64,000 nucleotides of DNA. Origin: a virus. Below, one piece after another: positions 44,137 to 54,029 of the stretch; positions within the stretch are counted from its first letter, which is position 1; each line of letters opens with the position of its first letter. Location: positions 4,814 through 68,813 of IMG/VR virus record IMGVR_UViG_3300022911_000003. One strand, 5' to 3'. The notes under the pieces were generated by a model. It was given only the letters and a program-made list of their open reading frames with translations. It searched no databases and was not told the DNA's origin. The position numbers were made by a program, and so were the translations under genes.

Positions 44137-45737
44137 GAACTGATCCGCGCCAGGGCAAGACCCAAGAAGAGGCGATGCTCGAATCGCTTCTCGCATGGGA
44201 GCAAAACCGCGCCCAAGAGAAGATGCTCATTGAGGCACAGCGCGAGGGGGAGCGAATCAGGGAAGAGTGCCACCGTTTGATCGGCTTCATCGGCCACGCT
44301 TGGAGAATACTTGAGCCAGTAGCTGAGTTGAAAATAGGGTGGGCCATTGATGCGATGGCTGAGCACCTGGAGGCTATCCACTATCGCTACATCAAAAACC
44401 TCCTGACCAACGTTCCACCCGGGATGCTTAAGTCATTGATGACAAACGTGTTTTTTCCAGCTTGGGAATGGGGTCCAAAGGATAGGTCAGATATGCGTTA
44501 TGTCTGCACCAGTTACGGCCTGGACCTTACGAACCGTGATGGAGAGAAGTTTCTCAGACTGATCACGTCGGAATGGTATCAGACGCTTTGGACCCCGGTT
44601 AACGTAACAAAATTTGCGGTCGATAATATTGGGAACTCAAACACTGGCGTCAGAATCGGGGTTCCGTGGTCAAAGAGTATGGGGCGCCGGGGCGGCAGGT
44701 TTATGTTCGATGACCCGCATGACCTGCTTAATGCCGAAGCCGATGACCAGCGCGCCACGACAGTTCGTCTGTTCAAGGAAGGCGCATCGTCCCGACTGAA
44801 TGACCCTGAGACCGATTCGATGATCGGAATCATGCAGCGCCTAAATCAGGGTGACATCTCGGGTTACATTCTGGAAAACGACCCGAGTTACACCCACCTC
44901 ATGTTGCCGCAGGAGTTCGAGCCGGAGCGGAAGTGCATCACGTATCGCAAGGACGGCACCAAACTGTTCGAGGACCCGAGAACAAAGGAAGGTGAGCTCG
45001 TCTTCCCCGAACGTTTCAACAGGGCCTATGTCGATTTCCGGAAGAGCGCCAAAGGTATTGGTGCCTACGCCTACGCCGCTCAAGATCAACAGCGCCCCAC
45101 ACCTCGCGGCGGCGGCTTGTTCCAGAAGACATGGTTCGATAAGAGGACGGTTCAGCGCGTCACTGACCTGCCGGCCAAGATCGTTCGCACGGTCCGGGCA
45201 TGGGACTTGGCCGCGACCGACCTGAAAGCGCTGCAAACCACAGGCGCCAGATCGGCCGGGGTCAAGATGGCGAAACTGGCCAATGACGAATACGCCATCC
45301 TGGGATGCGTGGCTCGGGGGTACGGCCCGGCCAAGGTCAAGGCCCTGATGAAGACCACAGCCAAGGCCGACGGCAAGGGTGTGGAAATTTCTGCGCCGCA
45401 AGATCCGGCTCAGGCTGGCAAGGTGCAGCGTGCCGACATCATCAAGTCGCTGGCCGGCTTCACCGTCAGCGTCACGACAGAATCGGGTGACAAGGCTGCG
45501 CGTTTCACGCCATTTTCGGTCCAGTGCGAAGAAGGAAATGTCTGGATCGTCGACGGGCCTTGGGTTCAGGAATTCTTCGAAGAACTTGAGCCGTTTCCAA
45601 ATGGGAAGCGCAAGGACATCGGCGATGCCTGCTCCCGCGCCTTCGGTCACCTGACCACGAAGCGCCAGCGCAGACCTGTCTCAACAGCAGGCACGGTGGC
45701 GATTCTGCTCCAAGCCGAGGCCGACGCGGAAGCCTGA
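44133..45737 (+). CDS. terL: Terminase large subunit
   Basis: NVPPGMLKS (Walker A), MFDDPHD (Walker B), IMQRLN, RAWDLAAT and FPNGKRKDIGDA nuclease motifs. Confidence 0.92.
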   Translation: MRTDPRQGKTQEEAMLESLLAWEQNRAQEKMLIEAQREGERIREECHRLIGFIGHAWRILEPVAELKIGWAIDAMAEHLEAIHYRYIKNLLTNVPPGMLKSLMTNVFFPAWEWGPKDRSDMRYVCTSYGLDLTNRDGEKFLRLITSEWYQTLWTPVNVTKFAVDNIGNSNTGVRIGVPWSKSMGRRGGRFMFDDPHDLLNAEADDQRATTVRLFKEGASSRLNDPETDSMIGIMQRLNQGDISGYILENDPSYTHLMLPQEFEPERKCITYRKDGTKLFEDPRTKEGELVFPERFNRAYVDFRKSAKGIGAYAYAAQDQQRPTPRGGGLFQKTWFDKRTVQRVTDLPAKIVRTVRAWDLAATDLKALQTTGARSAGVKMAKLANDEYAILGCVARGYGPAKVKALMKTTAKADGKGVEISAPQDPAQAGKVQRADIIKSLAGFTVSVTTESGDKAARFTPFSVQCEEGNVWIVDGPWVQEFFEELEPFPNGKRKDIGDACSRAFGHLTTKRQRRPVSTAGTVAILLQAEADAEA

Positions 45738-45801
45738 TTGTGCCGTTTCCGGTTTGCGTATAGGCTCCGCCTCGTAAAAACCCCTACAGGACGTCTCGGG
45801 C

Positions 45802-47181
45802 ATGGCGAAATTCGACATTTGGAACGGCGGCCTGATCGATCAGCGCCCCAACCGCGTCTCGCCTTTTGAGGAAGCGGGACGTTCCGGAACGGCAATTTAC
45901 AACGGATACGTCTATAGCGGCGAACGAAACGCCAAGGTCCAGGGCAGGACGAGGTACGAAACGGCTCAAGACGTTCTGGTCAACTCCGCCGTGGTCGGCG
46001 CCGGGATGAGGTTTTTCCTGGATCTGGTGTCATACCCGAAATGGAGCACGGTTGCGGCCGGCGCCGAGAAGGACGGAAAAGCTTCGGATGAAGCGAAGCG
46101 CGTTGCGGACTTTGTCACGGAGCAGCGCGAAAGCCTTACCGATTCCTGGGCCAGATGCGTGCGCCGCATGGCAGCGTCTCGGTTCTACGGCTTTGGCATC
46201 CACGAATGGACCGCAGTAAAAATACAGGAAGGGCAATGGTCCGGCTCGATCGGCATGGAAAGCCTCGAGTCCCGGCCTTGGCAAACCATAGAGCAATGGG
46301 ACACGAACCTCCAAGGCACGGTCTATGGCGTGGTGCAGCGGGTCCTAAATTCTGCCGAGTCGGACTGTTACATCCCTCGTGGAAAGTTTGTTTACCTCGT
46401 CGACGATGCTTTCAGCGACAGCCCGGAAGGCATCGGACTTTGGCGCCACCTGGTCGAGCCATATGAGCGGTTCAAGGCGTACTGCAAGATCGAATCCATG
46501 GGCTTTGAGCGCGACCTGCGCGGAATTCCGGTCGGCTATGCCCCGTTGGGCGACTACGAACTGGACGGCCTGACGGCGGAGCAGATCGCGGCCAAGATCA
46601 AGCCTCTGACCGATTTCGTTTCGCTGCAGGCCAAGAAGTCCGATACCGCCATTGTGCTCGACTCGTCGACCTATGTCAGCCAGGGCGAGACACAGGACTC
46701 GGTCAGTCCGGTCAAGAAATACGGCATCGAACTCATGACGGCCTCGGGCAACGGTTTTGCCGACATCGGGAATGCCATTGACCGGGCTCAGTACCAGATG
46801 GCCCTGCTGTGCGGAACCGAAACCATGCTGACCGGCGCGGGCCGCGAGGGGAGCCGAGCCCTGAGCGATTCGCAGGCCAAGGCCCTTTCCATGCGGGTCG
46901 ATAGTTGTGCCGGCGACATTGTGGCAGCGACGAACCGGGACTTCATCGCGCCCCTGATGCGCCTCAACAACATCCCCCGTGAACTGTGGCCCAAGGCCAA
47001 GATCGAGTCGTCGCAATACACCGACGTCCTGACCAAGTCGCAGTTGCTGGTCAATCTGGCGAACGCCGGGGCTGTGTTGTCACCAGAAGACCCGGCCGTG
47101 AATGAACTCAGGCTGGAGGCCGGACTGCTTGCCGCTGCGGGAGACATCATGTCGCTCGATGCCATGAATACGGGGAAATAG
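45802..47181 (+). CDS. Portal protein
   Basis: Position after terL; 459 aa; FYGFGIHE, GIGLWR and ERDLRGIPVG motifs. Confidence 0.85.
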   Translation: MAKFDIWNGGLIDQRPNRVSPFEEAGRSGTAIYNGYVYSGERNAKVQGRTRYETAQDVLVNSAVVGAGMRFFLDLVSYPKWSTVAAGAEKDGKASDEAKRVADFVTEQRESLTDSWARCVRRMAASRFYGFGIHEWTAVKIQEGQWSGSIGMESLESRPWQTIEQWDTNLQGTVYGVVQRVLNSAESDCYIPRGKFVYLVDDAFSDSPEGIGLWRHLVEPYERFKAYCKIESMGFERDLRGIPVGYAPLGDYELDGLTAEQIAAKIKPLTDFVSLQAKKSDTAIVLDSSTYVSQGETQDSVSPVKKYGIELMTASGNGFADIGNAIDRAQYQMALLCGTETMLTGAGREGSRALSDSQAKALSMRVDSCAGDIVAATNRDFIAPLMRLNNIPRELWPKAKIESSQYTDVLTKSQLLVNLANAGAVLSPEDPAVNELRLEAGLLAAAGDIMSLDAMNTGK

Positions 47182-47182
47182 G

Positions 47183-47686
47183 ATGACCTTCGTCACCATT
47201 ACCGGATCTGAAACCCAGTACCCGACCTATGCCGACATCGGCATGGCCAATGACTACATGCTTGCAGTCTTCGGGCCGCTGGGCACGGCATGGCGTGCCA
47301 CGGATTACGACACATTGTCGCGCGCCCTTGCAACGGGGTACAGGCAACTGAACCTTCTGTCATGGACCACGGGTTATGCCGAAGACCCTGACTGGCAACT
47401 CGCCATCGTCTCAGCCAATATCGAATACGCCGCGGCCCTGGTCGAGGGCAGTTTCACGGATCAGCAGACCCAGTTGGCCAGCGGCACCAAGCGCCTCAAA
47501 GCCGACACGGCGGAGATCGAGTATTTCAAGGTCTTCACCCGAGCAGGCCCGGCCCTGAATTTGCCAAGAACGGTCTATGACTTGATCAAGCCATGGTTGG
47601 CAGCGACGTCCGGCGCCGCACCGGGCTACTCATCCGGAACCGATGGATGCAGCGCTTTCAAATACGACTACCGCCAGTACTTTTAG
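47183..47686 (+). CDS. Head-tail connector (DnaT-like domain family)
   Basis: YADIGMANDY...ALATG...KRLKADTAEIEYF. Confidence 0.65.
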   Translation: MTFVTITGSETQYPTYADIGMANDYMLAVFGPLGTAWRATDYDTLSRALATGYRQLNLLSWTTGYAEDPDWQLAIVSANIEYAAALVEGSFTDQQTQLASGTKRLKADTAEIEYFKVFTRAGPALNLPRTVYDLIKPWLAATSGAAPGYSSGTDGCSAFKYDYRQYF

Positions 47687-47695
47687 GAGCCTGTC

Positions 47696-48259
47696 ATGAC
47701 CTCTGCCCTCGTTATCGGTTGCGCCTCGTGCGTCTGGGAAGACGCTGAAAAGGCCATGAAGCTGTTCAAGCCTGACATGATCGTCGCAGTGAACCATATC
47801 GGCATCGACTGGCCCGACCGCGTCGACCACTGGGCAACGTGCCACGTCGATCTTTTTCCGGCATGGATGGAACAGCGCGCCGCCAAGGGCTACGAGCCTG
47901 CCGGCCAACTCTGGACCAACAATACCAAGATCGGCCAGTTGCCTCCAGAATTGAAGGGACTCGGCATCAAGGGCGTGGAGTACTGGGACGGATCAAGCGG
48001 GGCGCTCGGGGCGCTTGCCGCGATCGAGGCCGGAGCGGATCGAGTCGTTCTGGCCGGCGTCCCACTGACCAATGGGCCGCATTACTACGAGGGCGACCAC
48101 TTTACCTGGGACGCGACGTATCAGCGGATGTGGAACTATAATTACCTGAAGTTCGACGACAAGGTCCGCAGTGTTTCTGGTTGGACCCGTGAACTTCTGG
48201 GCCAACCGATCAAGTCATGGTTCAAAAATGCCGTTCGACCAGATCCAGAAGAAGTCTGA
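47696..48259 (+). CDS. Possible glycosyltransferase-like Rossmann protein (GT29/MAF-like) in the head module
   Basis: ALVIG, VAVNH, HW, GSSG..ALAA..GADRVVLAGVPL and HYY pattern. Confidence 0.4.
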   Translation: MTSALVIGCASCVWEDAEKAMKLFKPDMIVAVNHIGIDWPDRVDHWATCHVDLFPAWMEQRAAKGYEPAGQLWTNNTKIGQLPPELKGLGIKGVEYWDGSSGALGALAAIEAGADRVVLAGVPLTNGPHYYEGDHFTWDATYQRMWNYNYLKFDDKVRSVSGWTRELLGQPIKSWFKNAVRPDPEEV

Positions 48260-49211
48260 GGCGTTAAAGCTTCTCGAAACACTGCTCGACCGTCAGGAAG
48301 CGAAGGTCCGGGCCGCGTTCATGGACTTCGTGCGCCGGGTTTCGTCCGATGAAGTGATTCGCGCCATTGCCGATCTGGTCCAGCGTGGCCAGGTGACTGA
48401 GGCTCTGGCTATCATCGGGTATGAAGGTGCCAGTCTCGGCACCGCAGCCAATGCCGTTTTTCTCGGTTCGGCCCAGACCGAGGCTGAGGCGCTGGTCGAC
48501 CAGTTGCGCCGCTTGGCTCCTCGTGCCGGATTGGCCTTCAATCCCTTCGACAGCACCTTGGCAGCCATTGCACGTCAGACGGGCCTCCGGTTTGTTCAGG
48601 AAACGACCCAGTCGCAGCAAAACACGATACTGGATGCCCTGAGCCGAAACATAGGCGGCGATGTGCGGCAGACCGCCCGCGCGATCCGCAGCGCCATCGG
48701 CCTGACCACGGCACAACAGGACTCGGTCAGGCGGTACAGAAACCTGCTCGAAACCGGGTCGCGCCGAGCCGTTGAGGTTGCGTTGCGGGACAAGCGTTTC
48801 GACTCCAGCGCCAGTCGTGCCGCAGAGGGTTTGGCCCTTGATCCGGCCAAGATTGACCGCATGGTCGAGCGCTACAGGCAGAACTTCGTTGCGTATCGCG
48901 CCACCGTCATTGCCAGGACCGAAGGCGGGCACCTGTTCGGCGTGGCACGAGAGGCCGGGTTCCGGCAGATGCTGCAGCAGGCCGGGATTGCAGAGTCACG
49001 CGGCGAAAAGGGATGGCGCACCCGGCGCGATGCCTTGGTGCGAGACCTGCATGAGCCTATGGACGGTGTCTGGGTCGGACTGAACCAGGTCTTCACCATG
49101 CCGAACGGTGAGGTTTGCTACAGGCCCAAGGACCCATCACTGAGCGCCAAGAACAGGTGTTCGTGCCGCTGCCTTCACCAGTTCAGCATCAGGTCGGATT
49201 CGGGCATGTAG
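48228..49211 (+). CDS. Minor head morphogenesis protein (SPP1 gp7 / Mu gpF-like)
   Basis: RATVIARTE...KGWRT..D..VR..H..MDG...F...NRCSCRC. Confidence 0.8.
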   Translation: MPFDQIQKKSEALKLLETLLDRQEAKVRAAFMDFVRRVSSDEVIRAIADLVQRGQVTEALAIIGYEGASLGTAANAVFLGSAQTEAEALVDQLRRLAPRAGLAFNPFDSTLAAIARQTGLRFVQETTQSQQNTILDALSRNIGGDVRQTARAIRSAIGLTTAQQDSVRRYRNLLETGSRRAVEVALRDKRFDSSASRAAEGLALDPAKIDRMVERYRQNFVAYRATVIARTEGGHLFGVAREAGFRQMLQQAGIAESRGEKGWRTRRDALVRDLHEPMDGVWVGLNQVFTMPNGEVCYRPKDPSLSAKNRCSCRCLHQFSIRSDSGM

Positions 49212-49310
49212 GGTGCCTTCAGACCCGATTTACGGGCATTTTAACGACCCCCTTGCAAAACAAAAAAATACTGTCACCCTGAATGCAAGTTCTCAGGGCC
49301 TTTTCCCGGC

Positions 49311-50297
49311 ATGTCCAAACCCTTCACCTCGCTCGATTATTCGCCGAGTTTCACGGCCGAGGGTGACATGCGCCTGCTCGCGAAGGGCAAGACATCCCCG
49401 CTTTACGTTTTCCGCAGCGTGGTCAACACCGCTGATATCGTGTCGTGGGCCAAGGCTCAGGGTTTCGCATCCGTGGTCGATCCGGCCGAGTTGCACGTGA
49501 CAGTCATCTACTCCAAGTCCCCGGTCGACTGGTTCAAGTTCGGTGAGAATTGGAGCGGCGACGAAAAGGGCCAACTGACGATCAATGCCGGGGGGCCGCG
49601 CGCCGTCGAAAAACTCGGTGACAAGGGCGCAGTCGTCCTGATGTTCGCCTCGTCGCAGTTGTCGTGGCGCAATCGCTCGGCTGTAGAAGACCTTGGTGCG
49701 TCGTGGGACTATCCAGAGTATCAGCCTCATATCACGATCACCTATGCCGCGGGCGGCCTGGACCTGACTGAGGTAGAGCCCTACACCGGCAAGATAGTCC
49801 TCGGCCCTGAGATGTTCGAGGACATCGACGACAACTGGTCCGACACCGTTGTTGAAGTCAGCGATGTGCACGAGGTTTCCAAGATCCAGTGCCGCATCGC
49901 CAAGGTCGACGACTCGCTCGGCATCGTGTTCGGTTGGGCCATTGTGTCCAGCGTCGACGGCGAGCCGTACTATGACCTGAACATCGACAAGTCCGGTGAG
50001 CGCGTCCCGGAGCACATTCCGGAGCAGGCCATGCTCAAGGCCGCCGTTCCGTTCGCCGAGGGTGAGCGACCGGCCAACGACATGCACGACGGCCCTGATG
50101 TCGGCACCTATCCATTCATCATGCCCCTGACTGACGACATCGCCAAGGCATTCGGTATTGAGTGCGACAAGCGCGGCCTGATGATCGGGTTCAAGCCCAC
50201 CGATAAGGCGCTGCTGAAGCAATTTGCCGATGGCACCAGGACTGGCTTTTCGATCGAAGGTCACCGCGTCAAAGTTACGGAGCACGCCAGTGCCTAA
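49311..50297 (+). CDS. Acb1-like 2H phosphoesterase fused to an XkdF-like prohead protease domain
   Basis: LHVTVIYS and YQPHITITY (two HxT motifs); C-terminal GIVFGWA...NDMH...TGFSIEG. Confidence 0.75.
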   Translation: MSKPFTSLDYSPSFTAEGDMRLLAKGKTSPLYVFRSVVNTADIVSWAKAQGFASVVDPAELHVTVIYSKSPVDWFKFGENWSGDEKGQLTINAGGPRAVEKLGDKGAVVLMFASSQLSWRNRSAVEDLGASWDYPEYQPHITITYAAGGLDLTEVEPYTGKIVLGPEMFEDIDDNWSDTVVEVSDVHEVSKIQCRIAKVDDSLGIVFGWAIVSSVDGEPYYDLNIDKSGERVPEHIPEQAMLKAAVPFAEGERPANDMHDGPDVGTYPFIMPLTDDIAKAFGIECDKRGLMIGFKPTDKALLKQFADGTRTGFSIEGHRVKVTEHASA

Positions 50298-51213
50298 GCC
50301 CAGCAAGACTCGCGTGCTTCACGAACTGAGCCTGACCAAGATCGCCGCCGTGGACCTGCCGTGCCAGGAACACGCCCAGGTCACGATCATCAAGAATTCC
50401 GACTCCAAGTCGGCAAAGCCCGGTCAGTCCGGCGAAACAGACGAAGGAAACCATATGTCTGTCATTACGAAAATGCTGGGTCTGAAGGACGATGCCAGCG
50501 CGGCCGAAATTGATACGGCCTTTACCAAGTACGCCGAGGACAACAAGACCTCCGTTGACCGTCTCTCCCAGGTCGAAAAGGCTCTGGCGGAACAGTCCCT
50601 GCTCGCCGGCATGTCCGACGAGTCACGCGTTCATTACAACGACCTGGCCAAGTCGGCGCCGGCCGATGCCGAAGCTTTTGGCAAGATGACCGAGGCCGAA
50701 CGCAAGGCCAAACTCGACGCCGCGAAGGCCGGTGATGAGGTCTGCAAAATGGCCGACGGCACCGAAATCTCCAAGCGCGCTGTCGGCGATGCCAGTTTCG
50801 CGATATTCAAGAAGATGGCGGAAGAAATCAAGGCCGGTGCCGAGGAACGCGCTGAACTGGCCAAGGCCGCCGCTGATGCCGACATCGAAAAGCGCATCAA
50901 GGTCGACTTCGCCAATATTCCGGGCGACGGCAGCGATCTCGCCAAGGTTCTGCGTCTCGCAAAGGCCGCTCCGGATGCCACCAAGACGGCCTTCGAAAAT
51001 ATCCTGAAGGCGTACAACACGCTGCTGGGCCAAGCCATGGTTCGCAAGGGCCACAGCGATCCGAAGGTTGATCCGGAAGATCCGGAATCACAACTGGACG
51101 TCATGGCAAAGGCGTGCGCCAAGGCTGAAAAGATCACCGAAGACGAAGCTTTCGCCAAGGTGCTCCAAACCCCCGAGGGTCGCGAGCTCTACGCTCGTAT
51201 GGACACTCAGTAA
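50290..51213 (+). CDS. Scaffold protein with N-terminal protease-like segment
   Basis: LHELSLTKIAAVDLPCQEHAQVTIIK then a helical Ala/Lys/Glu-rich region; precedes the capsid genes. Confidence 0.7.
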   Translation: MPKPSKTRVLHELSLTKIAAVDLPCQEHAQVTIIKNSDSKSAKPGQSGETDEGNHMSVITKMLGLKDDASAAEIDTAFTKYAEDNKTSVDRLSQVEKALAEQSLLAGMSDESRVHYNDLAKSAPADAEAFGKMTEAERKAKLDAAKAGDEVCKMADGTEISKRAVGDASFAIFKKMAEEIKAGAEERAELAKAAADADIEKRIKVDFANIPGDGSDLAKVLRLAKAAPDATKTAFENILKAYNTLLGQAMVRKGHSDPKVDPEDPESQLDVMAKACAKAEKITEDEAFAKVLQTPEGRELYARMDTQ

Positions 51214-51240
51214 CCCCGCGCCGCCAGAAGGAGCATTATC

Positions 51241-51672
51241 ATGGCTGACAATACCAACGACAACCTGACCGTCACGGTCCAACTGACCTCGAACGTTGCC
51301 GGCGCCCTGCTTCGCCGTTTCGTGACCTGGGAAACGTCTTCGCCGAACTTCCGCGAAGTCATCACGGCGGTTCCGGCTGCTGCTACGGGCCGCATGGTCC
51401 CCGGCATTCTGGCCGAGGCGATTGATACAACTCTCGCCGACGGGTTCTACAACTCCAGCATCGTCATTCCGGGCGGCATTACCGAAGTCCTGTGCGGCGA
51501 AACCATCACCCAGGGCGCTCCGGTTCGTGTGGGCGGCTACTCCGCTGAAACCGACGGCGCGGCCTATATCGCCAATGCCACGGGCGACGTCATCGTCGGG
51601 TGGGCATCACAAGACTGCACCGCAGGCAACATCCTGACCTTCAACTTCGTCGGCTACGCTGGCGTGATCTAA
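51241..51672 (+). CDS. Capsid decoration/cement protein
   Basis: AAGGAG RBS; GETITQGAPV...DGAA...VGWA...AG pattern. Confidence 0.65.
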   Translation: MADNTNDNLTVTVQLTSNVAGALLRRFVTWETSSPNFREVITAVPAAATGRMVPGILAEAIDTTLADGFYNSSIVIPGGITEVLCGETITQGAPVRVGGYSAETDGAAYIANATGDVIVGWASQDCTAGNILTFNFVGYAGVI

Positions 51673-51698
51673 CCCACGACCGAAAGGAAACTCCTCAG

Positions 51699-52721
51699 AT
51701 GCCTATCATCCAACCCGGCCGTGCAGACGTTCACGTCAATCGTCCGCTAACCTCGATCAGCATCGCCTACATGCTGAATACCGACGACTTTGTTGCCGGC
51801 AAGACCTTCCCGGTCGTGCCGGTCGATAAGCAGTCCGACCTGTATTATGTCGTCGATGCTGAGCGTGAAATGCTGCGCGACATTATGCAAGAGCGTGCTC
51901 CTGCGACCGAGTCCGACGGCATGACGTTCAAGTTGTCGACCAACCCGTACTTCGCCCGGAAATACTCGCTGCACCACGACATCCCGGATGAAGTTCGTGA
52001 CAATGCCGATGATCCGCTTGATATGGACCAGATGACGACTCAGGCCCTGACCCAGTCAGCCCTGATCCGTCGCGAAGTCCTGTTCAACACGTCGTTCTTC
52101 ACCGCAGGCAATCCGGGCGATACCTGGACCTTCGACGTCGACGGCGTTTCGTCGGGCGCCTCGACTGCGGCTGCATTCGATCCGACTGACAATGCGAACA
52201 ACCAGAAACTTCAGTGGAACGATGCGGCCTCGACGCCGATCGAGGACATTCGTCAGGGCAAGCGCTACGTCAAGGCCCGTACCGGCCTGCGCCCCAACGT
52301 CCTGACGCTTCAGGAAACGGTCTATGACACGCTGCTGGATCACCCCGACATCGTGGGTCGCATAGACCGCGGTCAGACCAGCGGTGCCGCAATGGCAAAC
52401 CGTGTGACCCTGGCCCAACTGTTCGAGGTCGACGAAGTCCTCGTCATGGGCGGCGTCAAGAACTCGGCTCAGAAGGGCGCCACTGCCTCGATCGGTTTCA
52501 TCGGCGGCAAGAACGCCTTGCTGTCGTACCGCCCCCCGGCACCTGGACGCATGGTCGCTTCGGCGGGGTACTGGTTCGACTGGAAGAACGGTCGCGCGCG
52601 TGGCATCCGCAAGTTCCGCATGGAACTGAAGGATGCAGATCGTCTGGAATATACCGATTACATGGCCCCGACGAAAATCGGCGCCGACCTCGGTTATTTC
52701 TTTGGCGCGATTGTGGCCTAA
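51699..52721 (+). CDS. Major capsid protein
   Basis: 340 aa; DVHVNRPLTSISIAY...FPVVPVDKQSDLYY; position in the head module. Confidence 0.85.
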   Translation: MPIIQPGRADVHVNRPLTSISIAYMLNTDDFVAGKTFPVVPVDKQSDLYYVVDAEREMLRDIMQERAPATESDGMTFKLSTNPYFARKYSLHHDIPDEVRDNADDPLDMDQMTTQALTQSALIRREVLFNTSFFTAGNPGDTWTFDVDGVSSGASTAAAFDPTDNANNQKLQWNDAASTPIEDIRQGKRYVKARTGLRPNVLTLQETVYDTLLDHPDIVGRIDRGQTSGAAMANRVTLAQLFEVDEVLVMGGVKNSAQKGATASIGFIGGKNALLSYRPPAPGRMVASAGYWFDWKNGRARGIRKFRMELKDADRLEYTDYMAPTKIGADLGYFFGAIVA

Positions 52722-52725
52722 GACC

Positions 52726-53172
52726 ATGTCGCTCCGCAACAGACACTGGAAGCAGCGCTTTGACCCGACGGCTCAGTTCGTCTGGAACAAGGCAATGCTC
52801 TGGGCAGGCGAGAACGTGAAGGTTGGCGACCCGATTCCGGATGAGTTGAAGGCAAACGATAACCGCCTTCGCCGCTTCTGGGAGTCGGGCGCTATCCAAC
52901 TGGCCGGCTTCGAGGCACCAGACGTCACGACCGGCCAGGCACCGGAACCAGAGCCTGAGCCCGAAGAAGATGATCCGAGCCATATGAACGGCCCGGACGA
53001 AGACCTGTCCGAGGAAGGCGCCGATGACTCGCCTGCCCCAGACCAAGACACCGCCAACTGGCGCGACCTGTCGTACAAGGCCAAACTCGCTCTGGCGCGC
53101 ACATACGGCCTTGAGGGTCGCAATCCCGGCGCTGAAGACCTCGACGCCTATCTGGAGACCAAGATTGTCTGA
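52726..53172 (+). CDS. Acidic hypothetical head-region protein
   Basis: Directly after the MCP; C-terminal small helical domain. Confidence 0.6.
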   Translation: MSLRNRHWKQRFDPTAQFVWNKAMLWAGENVKVGDPIPDELKANDNRLRRFWESGAIQLAGFEAPDVTTGQAPEPEPEPEEDDPSHMNGPDEDLSEEGADDSPAPDQDTANWRDLSYKAKLALARTYGLEGRNPGAEDLDAYLETKIV

Positions 53173-54029
53173 TGGCATCCTTCCTCGAAGGCACACTGGC
53201 GAAAGCACTGGATCGCGGCTTTAAAGGTACGTCCCTTGTCGGCCAAGTGTATCGCCGCGTCGTTCTTCCGGAGTTCGGAATCGATGAATACGGAAAGCCG
53301 CGCGCACGCCAGGGTAACATCTGGGACTGCCGCGGCTTTCTGAGTCGCTGGAAAGACTCGTTCCGCAATCCCGGTGTTCGGGCCGATACACAGGTCAACA
53401 TTTTCGCCGCCAGTCTCCCGGATGGTATCGAGCCCCTGAAGGACGACATGGTACAGTTCCGTGGGGACTGGTATCAGTTGTCTCAGGTCCGGGTCGATCC
53501 GGCTCTGGCACTGTGGATCTGCCCCGCGACAGTCGCGACAATTCCGACCGACCTGACATCAGACGAAGACATCAATGAGGACCTGAACATGGCAATCGTA
53601 AATAATCCCAGGCCCACGTTCAAAGTCGCGATGATCGAGGATCAGGCCGTTCCGGCTAATACAGCGACGGTTGTGGCGTTTGACACGGTCAGAAACGATA
53701 TCCAGTCCGGTTTCTCGACCGTGGCGCATAACTATGCCGTGCCGGCCGACGGCATTTATATGTTCTCGTCCCAGGTCATCGTGAACTCGGCCGAGGACTC
53801 GACCCTGATCTGGATCAAGCTCTATAAAAACGGCGTGGCGTGCAGCGAGACGGAATCGCCGTGGCACAACGACTGGGAGAATGGCCGCCTTGTGGTGAAG
53901 TTTACGACCCAGCAGCAGTGTATCGAGGACGATGTCATTGATGTCCGTATCTATGCCACTGCAGCGGGCCTGACGGCCGAGGGTGGAACCTGCGAATTTA
54001 ACGGTGCCTTTGTCGGGGCCTCGGCATGA
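53172..54029 (+). CDS. Head closure protein fused to a C1q-like domain
   Basis: N-half has the head-tail joining pattern; C-half VAFDTV..D....F......Y.VPADGIYMFS...LYKNG...DVIDVR...FNG is C1q-like. Confidence 0.65.
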   Translation: MASFLEGTLAKALDRGFKGTSLVGQVYRRVVLPEFGIDEYGKPRARQGNIWDCRGFLSRWKDSFRNPGVRADTQVNIFAASLPDGIEPLKDDMVQFRGDWYQLSQVRVDPALALWICPATVATIPTDLTSDEDINEDLNMAIVNNPRPTFKVAMIEDQAVPANTATVVAFDTVRNDIQSGFSTVAHNYAVPADGIYMFSSQVIVNSAEDSTLIWIKLYKNGVACSETESPWHNDWENGRLVVKFTTQQQCIEDDVIDVRIYATAAGLTAEGGTCEFNGAFVGASA

